DNA from: Candidatus Acidiferrales bacterium
GTDB taxonomy: Bacteria > Desulfobacterota > Binatia > UBA9968
DNA length: 64,000 nucleotides
NCBI GenBank assembly: GCA_035559995.1
Contig: DATMAM010000036.1
Span: 38,305-102,304, forward strand
Direction of reading: 5' to 3'
Positions 1-8,415 of the stretch are shown one piece after another (position 1 is the first letter of the stretch; each line of letters starts with the position of its first letter). The notes beneath the pieces were generated by a model. The model had not been told where the DNA came from and did not search any database. It saw only the letters and a program-made list of their open reading frames with translations. A program made the position numbers and the translations under genes.

Positions 1-1805
1 TCCACCTCCGCGATCTGCGCGCACACCGAAGCTGCGGGGCCGGGCGCGAAGTCTCTGTAAGAGCCCCGGCAGCGGATCGGTCCGGTCGCGCGCGCGATGT
101 CCCTGTACGAGAGGCGTTTTCCGCTTCGCGTTTGGACCGCGGCGTCGCCGGATAAACGGAGACCCTTTGGGGCGACGCCAAGGATCCGGCTTCCGGCCTG
201 CAAGAGTTTTTCCCTTACCTGAACCGCGGCTTGCTGGGTCGCATGGCCAAAGATCCTGGTCGACCGGCTCGCGCCGACGCCGGTATCGGGCTCGGCCTGG
301 CTCGTGTCGAGAATTTCGACGCGAACCGAGCCGGGCGGCACCTGGAGCTCTTGCGCGGCGATTTGCCGCATCGCGGCATAAGTTCCCGCGCCTTGATCGA
401 CCATCGCGGCCGCCACCACGACCCGGCCGCTCTCATCGACCGTGACCCATGCCTGGCACTCGCCGCCAAGCGGGAGCCAGTGCGCGATCGCAATCCCGCG
501 GCCCACGTGCCGGCGCTTGGGTCTGCGATAGCCCGAGATTTCGATCGCTCTGGCCAGCGCTTCCTCCGCCTTGATATGGGGCATGCGGTGACCGATAGGC
601 GAGAGCTCCCCGTCCCGGAGCAAATTTTTTCTTCTGAAATCGGCCGGATCGATCCCGAGCCGGCGCGCCACCAGGTCGATCTGCGACTCGTTGGCAAAAA
701 AACCCTGCGGGTCGCCCGGAGCGCGCATGTGCCCGCAGGGAACCTTGTTCGTGTAAACAATCTTTTCTTCGACGAGAACGTTCGGGATGCGGTAAGGTCC
801 CGCGGCCTCCTTCGGGCCCACGAGATAGCCTTGCGGCTTGAAAGCGGCGTAGGCGCCGCTGTCGAAGATAAGCTCCAGCCGGTGCGCCACGATGCGCCCG
901 TCCGCTTTGACGCCCGTCTTGGCTCGGACGACCGCCGCGTGGCGCGGATTGCCGGCGATAAGCTCCTCCGCATAATCCATCGTCATTTTCACGGGCCGGC
1001 CGCTCTTCAGGGATAGGACGTAGCAAACGGGCACGTCCATGAAATCGCCCTTGCCGCCGAAGCAGCCGCCGATATAGCAGGGGTGAAGGACAAACTCGCC
1101 CGCGGGCTTGTCAAACGCCGTCGCAAGCTGATCCCTGAGCGCGAACGGAACCTTGGAGCACGCCCAGATATCGACGCGCCCCGGATTCCTGGCGTCGACG
1201 ACACACGCGTGAGGCTCGATATAGGCCTGATGCACGGGCCTGGTGGTAAACGTGTTTTCAACGATCAGGTCGGCTTCGCGAAACCCGGCGGCAATATTCC
1301 CTTTGCCCCAGCTCAGGTCGACAAAGACATTGCCCGGCGTTTTTATCGGATGGACGAGGCCGCGGTAACGCCGCACATCCGGGTGGAGAAGAGCGGACGT
1401 CGGCTTCATCGCCTCGAGCGGGTCCAGCACCGGCTCGAGCTCCTCGTAGCGAACGTCGATCAGCCGAAGCGCCTCTTCTGCGATCGCTTCGCTTTCGGCC
1501 GCGACGGCGGCGACCTTTTCGCCGACAAACCGCACCACCCCGTCAGCGAGAATCGGCATGTCGTAGATTTTTCGCCCGATGAGCCTCCCCGCCACGTCGC
1601 CACCGGTGGCGACGGCCCGCACGCCGGGCAACGCCTCGGCCCGGCGCGCGTCGATCCGGCTGATCCGGCCATAGGCGATCGGGCTCCTGAGGACCTTCGC
1701 CCAGAGCATGCCGGGCAAAACCACATCCGTCGCGTAGATCGCGCGGCCGGAAACTTTCTCCCAACCGTCAGGCCTTTGCGCGGGCGCGCCGATGATCTTT
1801 GACAT
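1..1805 (-). CDS. xanthine dehydrogenase / aldehyde oxidase family molybdopterin-binding subunit (N-terminal ~601 codons; 3' end lies left of the window)
   Basis: Absent from the ORF track because there is no in-window stop. Manual minus-strand translation from the ATG (complement of 1803-1805) gives MSKIIGAPAQRPDGWEKVSGRAIYATDVVLPGMLWAKVLRSPIAYGRI...YIEPHACVV...IGGCFGGKGD...GHMRAPGDPQG... and stays open to position 1. This N-terminus is typical of CoxL/XdhB-type Mo-hydroxylases. Confidence 0.8.
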   Translation of the reverse strand, partial: MSKIIGAPAQRPDGWEKVSGRAIYATDVVLPGMLWAKVLRSPIAYGRISRIDARRAEALPGVRAVATGGDVAGRLIGRKIYDMPILADGVVRFVGEKVAAVAAESEAIAEEALRLIDVRYEELEPVLDPLEAMKPTSALLHPDVRRYRGLVHPIKTPGNVFVDLSWGKGNIAAGFREADLIVENTFTTRPVHQAYIEPHACVVDARNPGRVDIWACSKVPFALRDQLATAFDKPAGEFVLHPCYIGGCFGGKGDFMDVPVCYVLSLKSGRPVKMTMDYAEELIAGNPRHAAVVRAKTGVKADGRIVAHRLELIFDSGAYAAFKPQGYLVGPKEAAGPYRIPNVLVEEKIVYTNKVPCGHMRAPGDPQGFFANESQIDLVARRLGIDPADFRRKNLLRDGELSPIGHRMPHIKAEEALARAIEISGYRRPKRRHVGRGIAIAHWLPLGGECQAWVTVDESGRVVVAAAMVDQGAGTYAAMRQIAAQELQVPPGSVRVEILDTSQAEPDTGVGASRSTRIFGHATQQAAVQVREKLLQAGSRILGVAPKGLRLSGDAAVQTRSGKRLSYRDIARATGPIRCRGSYRDFAPGPAASVCAQIAEV

Positions 1806-1817
1806 TTCGAGAAGCGA

Positions 1818-2675
1818 TCACTCCCGGGAGGAAAGATACCGCTCCCACCGATGCGCCGCTTTGAAGCCGAGGAGCCTTTCAGCCTTTTCCGAGCTTACCC
1901 CGCTCCAGTTGCCCGCAAGCGAGGGGTTACTTTTTTTCACGGACGGCAAAAATCTCCTGAGCAGCTCGTCCGTCGGCTCTCTCATGCTGCTGGTCGGCGC
2001 CGCCACGATCATCGTTTCATGGCCGGTAAAGCTTGCCTCCAGCGCAAGCCGGCAAGCCGCGGCCGCATCGCGCGCATCGATGTAAGCCCAAAAGCCGGCA
2101 GCCCGCCCCTTCGGATCGTTCCAGCGTTGGCGCACGATCTCATAAGAGAGATCGAAGACGATTCCGGGAAACCTCAAGCTGGCGATGGTCGTATCCGGAT
2201 ACGTCCACGCAAACGATTCGGCGATCTGCTCGCCGACGACTTTCGAAAGACCGTAGGGGTCTTGCGGCCTGGCCGGATGTTTTTCGTCGAGCGGCAGATA
2301 ATCGGGAAGCCACGGCCTGAGCGCGTAGATGAACCCGAACGCGGCCGTGCTCGAGCCGATGACAATTTTTTTGATGCCGAGTTCGGCCGCGGCTTTGAGC
2401 ACGTTGTAGGTCGCCTGCACATTGTTGCCAAAGAGTTCGGCATCGGGCGCGAGTCCCGGCGCCTGGTAGGCGCCGAGATGGACGACGCCAAACGCGCCCC
2501 GGCAGGCGTCGTGGAGATTTCCCGGTTCGCGCAGATCCAAAAGCCAACTTGGACAAAGCTTTTCCGCGGGTGGGGTCCGGTCGATGCTCAACACTTCGTA
2601 GCCGTGTTCCAGCAGCTCGCGGATCACGAATTGCCCCAACCTCCCGCTACCGCCGGTGACAATGACTTTTTTCAT
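1818..2675 (-). CDS. NAD-dependent epimerase/dehydratase family protein
   Basis: ORF 1818..2843 trimmed to the internal ATG at 2675 (MKKVIVTGGSGRLGQFVIRELLEHGYEVLSIDR, a Rossmann GxxGxxG). The upstream 56 codons are translation of the repeat array (HDPRATSNEHDPRA). Confidence 0.85.
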   Translation of the reverse strand: MKKVIVTGGSGRLGQFVIRELLEHGYEVLSIDRTPPAEKLCPSWLLDLREPGNLHDACRGAFGVVHLGAYQAPGLAPDAELFGNNVQATYNVLKAAAELGIKKIVIGSSTAAFGFIYALRPWLPDYLPLDEKHPARPQDPYGLSKVVGEQIAESFAWTYPDTTIASLRFPGIVFDLSYEIVRQRWNDPKGRAAGFWAYIDARDAAAACRLALEASFTGHETMIVAAPTSSMREPTDELLRRFLPSVKKSNPSLAGNWSGVSSEKAERLLGFKAAHRWERYLSSRE

Positions 2676-2931
2676 GGCTCGTGGGTCGTGCTCGTTGCTC
2701 GTGGCTCGTGGGTCGTGCTCGTTGCTCGTGGCTCGTGCTCGCCGGGCAGATTTGTAGGGTGGGTTGAGTGCAGCGAAACCCACCAGGAAGGGCGGGGACC
2801 CTCGGTACCGGCAGAAGCGCGTCCATCGTGCAAGCTCCTTCAAGGGTCGTTGCTCGTGGCTCGTGCTCGTTGCTCGTGGGTCGTGCTCGTGGGTCGTGGC
2901 TCGTGCTCGTGGGTCGTGGCTCGTGGCTACG
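2676..2931. repeat. mosaic intergenic repeat: NTCGTG(G) 6-7 nt arrays (2676-2741, 2846-2929) flanking a REP-like hairpin core (2754-2784)
   Basis: Read directly from the sequence. Tandem CTCGTGG/GTCGTG/CTCGTTG units. Hairpin GGTGGGTT (2758-2765) - 11 nt loop - AACCCACC (2777-2784). The same core and array type recur at 62662-63070. Confidence 0.85.
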
Positions 2932-3816
2932 TCACAGTATTCCCGCCGCCTTGAGCTCGCGTTCGAGTCTCGCCACCGCCTCCTTCGGCATGGGCTCCGT
3001 TTCCCATTTCGGAAAGCGCTTCACGTCGAAGCCGCGCATGCGAAAAACCTCGCGCAGCGGAACGCGCCCGTACTTTCTGAGTTCGGCGGCGACCAGGCGC
3101 GCCGCCGTATCGACTTTTTTTTGCGCCTCCACCGCGCGCGCGTAATCCCTGCTCTCCAGCGCGCGCCACAACGCAACGCAGAGCTCAGGCACAAAGCTCG
3201 TGGGCGGGTTAATCATGCCCGCGACGCCGAACGGCACGAGGCCAAACAGGTTCGCATTGCCGGTAAAGACCGAAACGTCCGGCAGGAGCCGCACATATTC
3301 GAGCAACGCTCCCTGCCCGTAGGCCACCTTGATGCCCTCGAGAGCCGGCACGTGTTCTTTCATCCGCAGCGCCAGCCCCGGCGGGATGGAGATGCCGGAG
3401 TATTTGGGGTTTTCGTAGATAAAGATCGGGAGCGGCACCGCTTTCGCGGCCGCCCGGTAGTGCGCGACGATCTCATACTCCGTATGATCGGAATAATAGT
3501 ACGGCGGAACGATCGCGATCGCGTCCGCGCTGTGCGCGGCCGCATGCTCGGCCAGCTCGACCGTGCTCTCGGTGTCCGCGGTGCCGACGTGGACGACGAC
3601 CGGCACGCGCGCGCGCGCCTGATCGAGAGCGATGGCGGCGGCTCTCTTTCGTTCTTCCACCGACATCGCGGGTCCCTGGCCCGTCGATCCGAGGACAAAG
3701 AGCCCCTGAACGCCGGCGCCGATATGAAAGTCCACGAGCTCTCGCATCACTTCTTCATCGACCCGCGCCTTTTCGTCGAAAGGCGTTATGATCGGCAACA
3801 AAACGCCGCGAATCAT
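2932..3816 (-). CDS. dihydrodipicolinate synthase / N-acetylneuraminate lyase family (DapA-like) aldolase
   Basis: MIRGVLLPIITPFDEKARVDEEVMRELVDFHIGAGVQGLFVLGSTGQGPAMSVEERKR is a typical DapA-family N-terminus. Length is 294 aa. Confidence 0.85.
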   Translation of the reverse strand: MIRGVLLPIITPFDEKARVDEEVMRELVDFHIGAGVQGLFVLGSTGQGPAMSVEERKRAAAIALDQARARVPVVVHVGTADTESTVELAEHAAAHSADAIAIVPPYYYSDHTEYEIVAHYRAAAKAVPLPIFIYENPKYSGISIPPGLALRMKEHVPALEGIKVAYGQGALLEYVRLLPDVSVFTGNANLFGLVPFGVAGMINPPTSFVPELCVALWRALESRDYARAVEAQKKVDTAARLVAAELRKYGRVPLREVFRMRGFDVKRFPKWETEPMPKEAVARLERELKAAGIL

Positions 3817-3832
3817 CGTTCCTCCTCTACGA

Positions 3833-5122
3833 TCACGCCCGTTTGGCGCGCACGCCGGCGAAGCTCTCGAGCTTAACGATCTCGTCGGCGCGCTCGGGGC
3901 TCAGAACTCCCCGCGGAGTTTCCCCGCGGAGCGCGCTCTCGATCGCCTCGAGAACGATTTTGCGAAATTTGATCACGCCGCGATCCGACGCGCCGAGCTG
4001 CTCCTGGCGGACGCCGAGCAGTCCCTGGGTCGACTGCGTCATCAAATCCTCCTGCCGGATGTTGCCCCTGAAGGGCATGTACTTCCGCTTGTCGTACCGT
4101 TTGACTTCTTGCTTCGGCGTCTCGCGCGCGCGCATCTCGGCGAGCTTGGCGAAAAATTCCGGGTCCGGGCCCGTGTAATAGTCAACGGTGAAAATCATGA
4201 AATGGCCGTCGTCATTCGGGGTAAGAAAAAGCATATGCTCGCACTGCGAGCCCCGGCGCATGAGCGCCGCCTCACCGAGCTTCGCGTGCACGAACTCGGT
4301 ATCCCCCACCTGGATGATGCTCGGCAGCGCAAGGCTCATCTCGTCGACAAACTCGCTTTCAGGGGTCGGGCCCGGCTTGGTCATGACGACTTTCATGCCG
4401 TAGTCCGTTTCGACGAAGTCAAAAGCCGGCATGTCGCGATAGCTGAAAAAGTGATTTCCCCAGCTCTGCTCGCCGTAGCCGGCGTGCCGGTGCAGGATGC
4501 AGATGTGCGCCGGATCGGCGGAGTTCTCGAAGAAGTTGAACCAGTTGTACTCGCAGTGGCGGACGGGCTCGATTTGCCGCTGCCCGCCGCGGTCCACAAG
4601 CGGCGAATATTTCGGCAGCGGCGGCGGATTTTCCCGATTCGGTCCCAGATACGCAAAGATCAAACCGCCCTGCTCTCGCACCGGATACGAGAGATGCTTC
4701 ACCTTCTCGGGGAATTTGCTGCCCTTCGGCTCCGCCGGCATTTCCAGACATCGCCCGCCGACATCGAACAGCCATCCGTGATAGGGGCAGCGAAGCCCGC
4801 CGTCTTCGATGTCGCCGTACTCGAGAGAAGTCCCGCGATGCGGGCAGTGCAGGCCCAGGAGTCCGAGCCGGCCAAACTCATCGCGGAACAAAACCAGCTC
4901 TTCGCCCAAAACTTTGACGGCTTGTGGAATGTCATGGAGATCGCGCGCCGCGCCCACCGCGACCCAGTAACGGCGAAACCACTCGCCCGCCGGAGTTCCG
5001 GGACCGATATGCGGGATGTCCGCCAGGGTAACTTTCTTGCTTTTCCGCTTGCCGCCCGGTTTCACAGTGGGTGACGCCTCAGAGGCCCAATTTGAAATTT
5101 GAGATCCGCCATGATCTGCCAT
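3833..5122 (-). CDS. Rieske (2Fe-2S) aromatic ring-hydroxylating oxygenase, alpha-subunit type
   Basis: Rieske motif CPHRGTSLEYGDIEDGGLRCPYHGW. Non-heme Fe motif region NSADPAHICILH. Start placed at ATG 5122; a TTG at 5128 is also possible. Confidence 0.8.
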   Translation of the reverse strand: MADHGGSQISNWASEASPTVKPGGKRKSKKVTLADIPHIGPGTPAGEWFRRYWVAVGAARDLHDIPQAVKVLGEELVLFRDEFGRLGLLGLHCPHRGTSLEYGDIEDGGLRCPYHGWLFDVGGRCLEMPAEPKGSKFPEKVKHLSYPVREQGGLIFAYLGPNRENPPPLPKYSPLVDRGGQRQIEPVRHCEYNWFNFFENSADPAHICILHRHAGYGEQSWGNHFFSYRDMPAFDFVETDYGMKVVMTKPGPTPESEFVDEMSLALPSIIQVGDTEFVHAKLGEAALMRRGSQCEHMLFLTPNDDGHFMIFTVDYYTGPDPEFFAKLAEMRARETPKQEVKRYDKRKYMPFRGNIRQEDLMTQSTQGLLGVRQEQLGASDRGVIKFRKIVLEAIESALRGETPRGVLSPERADEIVKLESFAGVRAKRA

Positions 5123-5152
5123 TTGCAATTCCGAGCGTAGCGAGGTCTGGCC

Positions 5153-6286
5153 CTAGCGCTTGCCTGCCTGCGCCAGCGCTTTCTCGACGATGTCGTAGAT
5201 CGGCGTCATATCGATATACTCCGGTTTGTCCACCAGCAGGTACTTGACCCCCTCGACGCGCCGCACCTCGCTGCGCACCGCATCCTTCGGGATATCGACG
5301 CGCAGCGATTCCTCGGAGTTGTTCGGCGTGTTGACCGTGCGCTGGAAGGTGATCTGCCCTTCGCGCGACAGCAGCCAGTTGACAAACACGCGCGCGGCGT
5401 TTGGATGCGGCGCCTGGCTCGGCAGAGCAATCGACCCCATGTTGCCCGCGGAGATGGTACGGCTTTCTTTCCACCGCGCGGTGCGAAACTGATCGACAGG
5501 CAGTCCTTGCGACTTTGCCCGCAGGATCTCGGAGCAGAAAAAGCAGATGGCGAATTTGCCGTGCGCGAGCCAATCCGTCGCCTGGCGAATTTCGCGCGTC
5601 AGGGTCACGTCCATCTCGCCGTACAGCCGCCGGATGAACTCGGCACCCAGTTCCGGCGTATGGTAAAACATCCTCAGCCCGATCCGCTGGCTGCCGGAGA
5701 TTTTCGGATCGCGCGATAGAATTTTCCCTTTCCATTTAGGTTGGAGAAAATCCCAGTGGGAACGAATCTCTCCGGGATCCACGGATTTGGTGTGGTAAGA
5801 AATATACTCGGGGACGTTGCCGACGTAGACGAAGATATACCGCCCTTCAGGGTCGATGTAATGATGCTGGCCGAGCCACCATTTCGACTCATCGACCACC
5901 TCGGGAAGGATGAGCGCGTCGCGGACGCTGTCCAAGATTTTAGCGCGATAGAAAACCTCATACGCCGTGGTTGTTCCGGCGATGTGCACGTCGACCAGAT
6001 ACTTGCCCGCGCGCCGCTCGGCCATGACACGCGGCGCCAGCGTATTGCCCCGGCCCGGGGTCGTAATGACCTGGATCTCGGGAAATTTTTTTTGAAACGC
6101 CTCCGCCACCGCGCCGAGCTCGCCTTCCCCTTGAAACATGTAGAGCGACAGCTTTCCTTCTTTTTTCGCCGCCTGCACCGTGCGCTCCCACTCGGCTTGC
6201 CAGCTCGGTTGCGCGTCGGCGGCACAAGCGATGCTCGCCGGCAAGGCGAAAAAGGAAAGAATCAAGATCGAAGCGATAAAGGTCAT
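5153..6286 (-). CDS. ABC transporter periplasmic substrate-binding protein (iron(III)/polyamine-type family)
   Basis: ORF 5153..6604 trimmed to ATG 6286, which begins the signal peptide MTFIASILILSFFALPASIACAADA. Paralogous to the binding proteins at 15478..16497 and 30949..31971 (shared AKKEG motif near the N-terminus). Confidence 0.8.
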   Translation of the reverse strand: MTFIASILILSFFALPASIACAADAQPSWQAEWERTVQAAKKEGKLSLYMFQGEGELGAVAEAFQKKFPEIQVITTPGRGNTLAPRVMAERRAGKYLVDVHIAGTTTAYEVFYRAKILDSVRDALILPEVVDESKWWLGQHHYIDPEGRYIFVYVGNVPEYISYHTKSVDPGEIRSHWDFLQPKWKGKILSRDPKISGSQRIGLRMFYHTPELGAEFIRRLYGEMDVTLTREIRQATDWLAHGKFAICFFCSEILRAKSQGLPVDQFRTARWKESRTISAGNMGSIALPSQAPHPNAARVFVNWLLSREGQITFQRTVNTPNNSEESLRVDIPKDAVRSEVRRVEGVKYLLVDKPEYIDMTPIYDIVEKALAQAGKR

Positions 6287-6649
6287 GGCGTAACCTCCGG
6301 GTCTCGCGCAAGCGACCCTCGAGCCGAGCCCAAAAATCTCGTTTTTCTTTTCGGTTCTCGACCGGCGCTCGCCGTTGGCTCGGGCGGCCCGGCGCTCCCG
6401 GGCAAGCTGAGCGCAAACGCGCCGAGGCCAGAAGACTGGCGACAAAACGACCTCGGATCCGCGGCCAGACCCAACCATACCACCTGAACGCGGGGTTGGC
6501 GAGCCGCGCGCGGCGCGATCCAACCAACCCCGCGAGCGATGTCGGATCGCGCTCAGGTCCTTGCTCAGCGGCAATACCAGGCGCGCCGCGCAAAGCACCT
6601 GCAATAGCCGTTGCGTGCTGTTATAGTGAGCGGGCCATGCGGATTGGGC

Positions 6650-6667
6650 CTAGCTTAGCTAAGCTAG
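6650..6667. promoter_or_regulatory. perfect 18-bp palindrome CTAGCTTAGCTAAGCTAG (candidate operator)
   Basis: Verified by hand to be its own reverse complement. It lies in a 552-nt gene-free gap. The sequence is certain; the function is not. Confidence 0.35.
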
Positions 6668-6838
6668 TCAAGTCGTGGGGCGTGTGAGCGAGCTCAATAT
6701 CCCGCGACATAGTTGGACCGTCCTGTTCTGCGCGCGACCGGACGACGCAACCGGCGTCCGTGCGGCGCGAGAGCTCAGGCGGGCCGGGTGGCGGCGGGCC
6801 CGCCACGCGCGTTCGGCGCGCTAAACGCGGCGCGAATC

Positions 6839-8257
6839 TCAGAGGCGCGAATTTGGCTCAGCGCGGTCGGGACCGGGACGCGCGCCGTGCTCGGCAGCGA
6901 TTTCTTTGCTGAAATCGAAGTCGGTCGTCGAGGGACCGGTGATCAGCCGAGCCCCGCGATTGAACGTCAGGTCCTCGATTGCCCATTGGACGAAGACCAG
7001 GAGGCGATTTTGAAACTGGACGAGATACATCAGGTGGACCAGCGCCCAAACGATCCACGCCAGGAACCCGGAGATATGAAAGCCGAAGATGTTCGCCACC
7101 GCCGCCCATCGCCCGATGACGGCGAGCATCCCTTTATCGAGATATTTGAAAGGAGCTATTTCGGTTGCGCCGTGCAATTTCTGGACGATCGCTTTTGCCG
7201 CGTACGTCCCTTGCTGCATCGCCACCGGAGCTAAACCCGGAAGCGGTTTGCCGTCCGCGCCGAGCGCGAGCGCGAGGTCGCCGACGACGTAGATGTCCGG
7301 ATAGCCGGGCACCGTGAGGTCGGGATTGACCTTGATCCGGCCGCCCCTGTCGGTCTCGGCGCTGGTACGCTTCGCCAAGGTCCTCCCGAACGCGCAAACG
7401 GTGACGCCCCCAGCCCAGATCACCGTTTTGGCGTTCAAGCGGCGCCTGTCGTCGCCCGCCGCGATGGTTACGCCTTCTCGGTCGATCTCCTCGACCATGA
7501 CGCCGGTCTCGATTCCCACGCCCAGCTTTGCCAGGGAGCGCGCCGCCTTCTCCGCCAGATCCTCCGGGAAAGTCGGAAGAATGCGCGGCGCTCCGTCGAG
7601 CAGAACGATTTCGGCCTCTTCGGGCCGTATCGAGCGAAAATCATTTCTGAGCGTCTGGCGCGCGATCTCGCCGATGGCGCCGGCGAGCTCGACGCCCGTA
7701 GCGCCGGCGCCGACAATGACGAAGGTCAGCCAGGCACGCCGCCGCTGCGGGTCCGAGATCCGCTCGGCAACTTCAAAAGCATAAAGGATCTTGTGCCGGA
7801 TGTTCGTCGCCTCCTCGATGCTTTTCATCCCGGGCGCCCATTCGCGCCATCCATCCCGGCCGTAATAAAAGGTCTGCGAGCCCGCGGCGACGATGAGCGA
7901 GTCGTACTCGAAGCTCGCGCCGTCGGCGAGCATGACGCGCTTGGCACGCGGATCGACATCGGCGACCTCGCCCAATAGGACGCGTGTGTTTTTCTGCCGG
8001 CTAAACACGCTGCGCAGGGGAGCGGAGATTTCGCCCGGCGAGAGCGATCCGGTCGCGACCTGGTAGAGAAGCGGCTGAAAGAGGTGATAATTGCGCCGGT
8101 CGATCAGCGTCACCTCGACGGGCGCCGATCTCAACGCCCGCGCCGCGCGGAGCCCGCCGAACCCGCCGCCGACGATGACGACGCGCCAGGGTTTGCGCTG
8201 AGCGTCCTCGCCGTTCGGGCTTCGCGCCGTCAAATTCGTGTCGTTCGCGCCAGCCAT
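6839..8257 (-). CDS. ndh: type II NADH:quinone oxidoreductase (NDH-2) family FAD-dependent oxidoreductase
   Basis: WRVVIVGGGFGGLRAARAL...IDRRNYHLFQPLLYQVATG and a second dinucleotide fold FVIVGAGATGVELAG. Length is 472 aa. Confidence 0.85.
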   Translation of the reverse strand: MAGANDTNLTARSPNGEDAQRKPWRVVIVGGGFGGLRAARALRSAPVEVTLIDRRNYHLFQPLLYQVATGSLSPGEISAPLRSVFSRQKNTRVLLGEVADVDPRAKRVMLADGASFEYDSLIVAAGSQTFYYGRDGWREWAPGMKSIEEATNIRHKILYAFEVAERISDPQRRRAWLTFVIVGAGATGVELAGAIGEIARQTLRNDFRSIRPEEAEIVLLDGAPRILPTFPEDLAEKAARSLAKLGVGIETGVMVEEIDREGVTIAAGDDRRRLNAKTVIWAGGVTVCAFGRTLAKRTSAETDRGGRIKVNPDLTVPGYPDIYVVGDLALALGADGKPLPGLAPVAMQQGTYAAKAIVQKLHGATEIAPFKYLDKGMLAVIGRWAAVANIFGFHISGFLAWIVWALVHLMYLVQFQNRLLVFVQWAIEDLTFNRGARLITGPSTTDFDFSKEIAAEHGARPGPDRAEPNSRL

Positions 8258-8337
8258 GCTTTGAGCGCGGTCTCCCCTAACTAAGACTGTAAAATACCGC
8301 CACGCAACGAGCCACGCGGCGGCACGGGCGCGCCGCT

Positions 8338-8376
8338 AAAAAGGGGTCAGGTACCGTTCGGCAAAGTACCCGACCC
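8338..8376 (-). terminator. intrinsic terminator downstream of pgi
   Basis: Minus-strand RNA GGGUCGGGUAC-loop-GUACCUGACCC followed by CUUUUU, about 40 nt after the pgi stop. Confidence 0.6.
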
Positions 8377-8415
8377 GTTGCGGCCGGTTGGGGTTTTGCG
8401 CCAGCGCTTGAGATT

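Noticed and set aside
2676-2931. Possible CRISPR array (regular short repeats)
   Set aside because: The units are only 6-7 nt and directly contiguous, with no unique spacers, and there are no cas genes in the window. This is microsatellite-like, not CRISPR.
5153-6604. Long N-terminal extensions of several tracked ORFs (5153..6604, 12387..13832, 13706..16195, 16535..17809, 43682..45010, 1818..2843, 59872..61275)
   Set aside because: The extensions are Arg/Pro-rich or overlap the upstream gene. Internal ATGs coincide with signal peptides, Shine-Dalgarno sequences or family-typical N-termini, so I used the shorter forms.
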